From the sequence record PV390659.2: a stretch of 64,000 bases of DNA, one strand, 5' to 3'. Both the position numbers and the translations under genes were made by a program. Below the pieces are notes generated by a model. It made no database searches and was not told the DNA's origin. It was given only the letters and a program-made list of their open reading frames with translations. Position 1 is the stretch's first letter. The number at the start of each line of letters is the position of its first letter. Positions 60,465 to 64,000 of this stretch are shown piece by piece. Origin of the DNA: Escherichia phage vB_EcoM_P8.

Positions 60465-63400
60465 TTATTTTAACAATGATTTAACTAATGCTTTAAGTTC
60501 TTCGATTTCTGATTTAAGTTCTGCAATTTCTGCAGTATGCTCATTGATTGCAGCTGTATTTAAACCAATTACACCGTTATAGTTCAAACGAAGTAAAGCT
60601 TCACCATCAGGGTCACCTTCAACTAATTCAGGTAAAATAGCTTGAACTTCTTGAGCTATCAAACCGGCGTTAGGTTCCCATTTCTGATTTCCTTCTTCAT
60701 CTAGGCCTCGCTTCTGCATATAAGTGTAACCGTTAATTTTAGAAAGCTTCTCAGAAGCATTTTCAAATTTAACAAGGTCTTTTTTAACACGAATATCAGA
60801 ACGGACATAAACATCGCGGACAAATGTGGAATAGGCATCGCTTTGTTGGACTAAATGACCAAAAGAAATAATAGCTCTTCCTTGTTCAGTCCACAAAGCA
60901 CCAGTGGTATCCCAAAGACCTTCATGGAGATGGTAAGCGGACGACCATGAAGCAATATGCATTCCATTTGCAACCATGTTAATACGACCGTCACCGCCAT
61001 GAACTAACCCAGTGTCATTATCACCAATAACAACACATGCGCCTGTCCATGCAGGGTCACCTCCACCAGCTGATATTCTTACTCCAGCTTTAACCATGTC
61101 AGGAACGTACATGTTTCCATTATGGTGGAATTCGAAGATAGCTTGCGGATCGCTAGCATTTTCCTGGTTACCAACACGGATAATAGCCTGAGCCCATTGG
61201 TTAGTGATACGGCGCATACCGAAATCAACACCAGATACGTATCCTTCATTCGTAATAACAGATTTTCCTTTAATAATAGGATAATAGCAGTCATTGCCGA
61301 CGTAGCCAAAATCTACAAATATCGGCGCTTCTTGTCGCCATTGGTTTGCCCAATCGCCAGCTTGGTGCGCAGTCCACTGTGTACCGTTTATATGAAGGCG
61401 GTCTCTATTAAAATTAAATGTTCCTTGACCTTGAGGAGAAAGCGATATTTCGCCGTTATTTGTTATGTATACACCGCCTTGTGTAATGTAACTGTAAAAA
61501 CCTAGACCATTATCGCCGCCGCCTTTGCCTATATACCAGTTACCTGTACCACCTACATCACTACGGATGTGCGATGAAGCACCCACGCCTGCAGTTAAAA
61601 CAAGAGCATCATTGCCTGCCGATAAAGTCAATTTACCGGTCATCGTGTCGCCTTCTTTCGAAACACGAGTCGCAATAGCATCGCGAATATTTGTAGTATC
61701 ACCGGCAGAAGTAAACGGTTTCCAAATATCAGACCAGATATTACCATTTCGAGCAATAGTAGCTTCACCACCACCGACCTGAACGTTATCCGGGAAGTTA
61801 ACAGTACCGTCTTGATTAAAACGAGACGTATGGCCTTGTGATCCATCTTCTTTGATATGGTGTAAAACAAATGTACCCGAATTAATTTCAGTACCTAAAG
61901 ACCAAACCGCTTTACTGTTTAAAAACTTCTGTTTAACAATAGGATAATATTTGTTTATAGCATCATCATCATCAATTTCCTGGAAAATAGGAGCTGCTTG
62001 AACATACTGAATATCATAACCACCAGCGCCTGCACCGTGACCAGTAAATTTAATATAGCCGTTTGCTGCGAACGTATTGTAACTTGATTGTAAATCTGGA
62101 ATAGTAACTTTACCAGTATCTAAAGCCATACTAAACGGGCGAAGTGGACCGATATCGCCATGTTTACCTTCACCGTAAGCAGTTGGAATAATATGAAGAC
62201 TGCCTTCTGAACGTCTAAAAATGGCTCCATAATCTGCATTCCAAATGCGAAGCGCATTCACTGCTCCAGATGAAATTTCGCCTGTTGTGTGAACTCCTCT
62301 ATTTCCAGCAGTAACACCGGATGATTCAAATGAACCATTGACGTTCATTTCTACTTCACCGGTAGTAAGTCTTTGAATATAACTCATCCAGCTAGTTGCG
62401 TCAGAAATTTCCATGACATTTTTACGATTACCTACACTAGGATTAGTAAACGTATTACCCCATACAGAAATTGTCATATTATCAACTGAACTGCTACCAG
62501 TTGTGTTACCTCTAAACATCAGCGTAGAAGCATTATTACGACCATCAATATTAACAGAACCACCAATAACGTCAATATTACCGGGAGTAACTAACAAACC
62601 GCCGTGAGTATTAATGTTTGTAGTACCTTTACCACGGAAATAGTGATGATAATTACCACCTTGATAATAACCTAAAAGAGTCTGACCGTCGCCATACGCG
62701 TTATTATCATGATAAGTAACAACAGTGGCTAATGCATAGTTTTCTGTCGGTGGCGTTGTCATAAGAATCCCATCCGGAGAATAACCCATAACCATTTTTC
62801 TAAGGCTTTGTGTTTCCGCAGGACCGTAAATGAAAGTTCTTGTTCCGTTGTTTACTGTATGAAAATATCCGTCCTGATGCCATTTAAATCCGGTATCATT
62901 ATCACCAAGAGCAATTGAAGCAGTCCCTAATTCAGAATATCCTTTAGAGCCGCCCGGAAGACCTATAGAAATAGAATGGCCTGCTTTCAATCCACCGGAC
63001 CAGGTAAACGACCAAAGATAGGCATCTAACCCGTCACCGGCGTACCAGGTTATCCCGTCGTTATCTTTAACTTCATGGAATATACCAGATCCTACGGCAT
63101 TTCGCATAACACGGAGGTGGTTAATAGCCGTTTCGCTTTCTGCCAACGGAGTGTTATTTGCTAATGAATAGATATCATAATCGCCTGTCTTCTTCCCATT
63201 TGTAATAACTTTATCGGTCAGAATTTGTGGAGACGAAATAGATTTCCATGCTGATACTTCAGGTGAAGTAAATAGGCCACTGCCTGAAAATGCATAGGTG
63301 CTTTCATCACCAGCGGCGTAGTCTTGAACGCGGATATTAACTACTTGCGTAGTTAATCCATCATTAGCCGGGGCATAAATGATTCCACGTTCGCGGCTAT

Positions 63401-63779
63401 TGCCATCGAAAAAACGAACATGCGATGTACCTGAACTTTTTGTAATAAGTTCTCCACCCTCAGTCATAATCTGCCCGGCGGCAATAATATCGCGAGTTAC
63501 TCGAGCAATACCAGTTAAATTGAAATCACCGGTTTGAGTGAAGGTACCATTTAAAGTATAATCACCAGTTTGATTATAGTTTCCTATATGAATAACATTC
63601 CCGTCAATGCTACCGCCTTTAGCAAAACCAAGATCAATGATATTTCCTTGGTCATCTTTAGTAAAAAGTACGCGGTCTTTTAAGTTTATAGCCAATTCAC
63701 CTTCGGCTAATACTGAAGCGGCAGGACGTGCTCCTGCAGTTTTGCTTCTTTTAAATTGTATTTGTTTTAAAGTAGCCAT
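60465..63779 (-). CDS. 37: long tail fibre distal subunit gp37
   Basis: 1104 aa; N-terminus [13 protein letters not shown] as T4 gp37; C-terminal coiled-coil segment unlike T4. Confidence 0.9.
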   Translation of the reverse strand: MATLKQIQFKRSKTAGARPAASVLAEGELAINLKDRVLFTKDDQGNIIDLGFAKGGSIDGNVIHIGNYNQTGDYTLNGTFTQTGDFNLTGIARVTRDIIAAGQIMTEGGELITKSSGTSHVRFFDGNSRERGIIYAPANDGLTTQVVNIRVQDYAAGDESTYAFSGSGLFTSPEVSAWKSISSPQILTDKVITNGKKTGDYDIYSLANNTPLAESETAINHLRVMRNAVGSGIFHEVKDNDGITWYAGDGLDAYLWSFTWSGGLKAGHSISIGLPGGSKGYSELGTASIALGDNDTGFKWHQDGYFHTVNNGTRTFIYGPAETQSLRKMVMGYSPDGILMTTPPTENYALATVVTYHDNNAYGDGQTLLGYYQGGNYHHYFRGKGTTNINTHGGLLVTPGNIDVIGGSVNIDGRNNASTLMFRGNTTGSSSVDNMTISVWGNTFTNPSVGNRKNVMEISDATSWMSYIQRLTTGEVEMNVNGSFESSGVTAGNRGVHTTGEISSGAVNALRIWNADYGAIFRRSEGSLHIIPTAYGEGKHGDIGPLRPFSMALDTGKVTIPDLQSSYNTFAANGYIKFTGHGAGAGGYDIQYVQAAPIFQEIDDDDAINKYYPIVKQKFLNSKAVWSLGTEINSGTFVLHHIKEDGSQGHTSRFNQDGTVNFPDNVQVGGGEATIARNGNIWSDIWKPFTSAGDTTNIRDAIATRVSKEGDTMTGKLTLSAGNDALVLTAGVGASSHIRSDVGGTGNWYIGKGGGDNGLGFYSYITQGGVYITNNGEISLSPQGQGTFNFNRDRLHINGTQWTAHQAGDWANQWRQEAPIFVDFGYVGNDCYYPIIKGKSVITNEGYVSGVDFGMRRITNQWAQAIIRVGNQENASDPQAIFEFHHNGNMYVPDMVKAGVRISAGGGDPAWTGACVVIGDNDTGLVHGGDGRINMVANGMHIASWSSAYHLHEGLWDTTGALWTEQGRAIISFGHLVQQSDAYSTFVRDVYVRSDIRVKKDLVKFENASEKLSKINGYTYMQKRGLDEEGNQKWEPNAGLIAQEVQAILPELVEGDPDGEALLRLNYNGVIGLNTAAINEHTAEIAELKSEIEELKALVKSLLK

Positions 63780-63787
63780 AAGTCCTC

Positions 63788-64000
63788 TTAATAATAGCCG
63801 AAATCTTGAACAGAATCCTTAATAACAATTTGATCAAATCGTGGAACATGTGAGGGTTGAGATGCAGGATTCTGTGAAAAAAGGTTTGGCGCAGTTAAAT
63901 TTCCTGTCATAGTATCTCCAGAGCGTAATACCCTAGAGTTTGCGTTTGCTGTAACAATATTTATTGCTCCATCAACATAATCTTTCCGTGTAAGGTCATA
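63788..64000 (-). CDS. 36: tail fibre protein gp36, 3' part (partial at window edge)
   Basis: 70 codons open to window end on - strand, stop TAA at 63790-63788. Confidence 0.55.
   Translation of the reverse strand, partial: YDLTRKDYVDGAINIVTANANSRVLRSGDTMTGNLTAPNLFSQNPASQPSHVPRFDQIVIKDSVQDFGYY

Overview
This window reads as a contiguous ~64 kb segment of a T-even (T4-like) coliphage genome, in reverse orientation to the conventional T4 map. Calls rest on reading the six-frame translations against remembered T4 protein sequences, lengths and gene order; no database search was run. The + strand carries the early/middle region in T4 order: nrdC-proximal ORFs, 49, nrdD, nrdG, nrdH, 55, a-gt, 47, 46, rpbA, 45, 44, 62, regA, 43, imm, 42, a glycosyltransferase, uvsX, 40, 41, dmd, sp, 61, dam, 56, soc, modB, modA, dda, dexA, 39, rIIA, rIIB, denB, ndd, stp, ac, 52, motA, arn, asiA. 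The - strand at the right end carries late genes t, 38, 37 and the 3' end of 36. About 110 tightly packed CDS are separated by T4-type early promoters (GTTTAC, 18 bp, TAtaAT), MotA-box middle promoters, one late promoter (TATAAATA before soc) and many GGGC-UUCG-GCCC hairpin terminators. No tRNA, rRNA, CRISPR array or integrase was seen. Unsplit gene 39, intron-less nrdD, a 280-aa glycosyltransferase in place of T4 beta-gt and a glycine-rich gp38 point to a T2/T6-like relative rather than T4 itself. The best candidate for something undescribed is a divergent module between gene 61 and dam: a PD-(D/E)xK-like 186-aa ORF with its own early promoter, translationally coupled to dam, opposite a small antisense membrane ORF. 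Second is an array of four tandem ~300-340 aa paralogs with C-terminal coiled coils at 176-4144.
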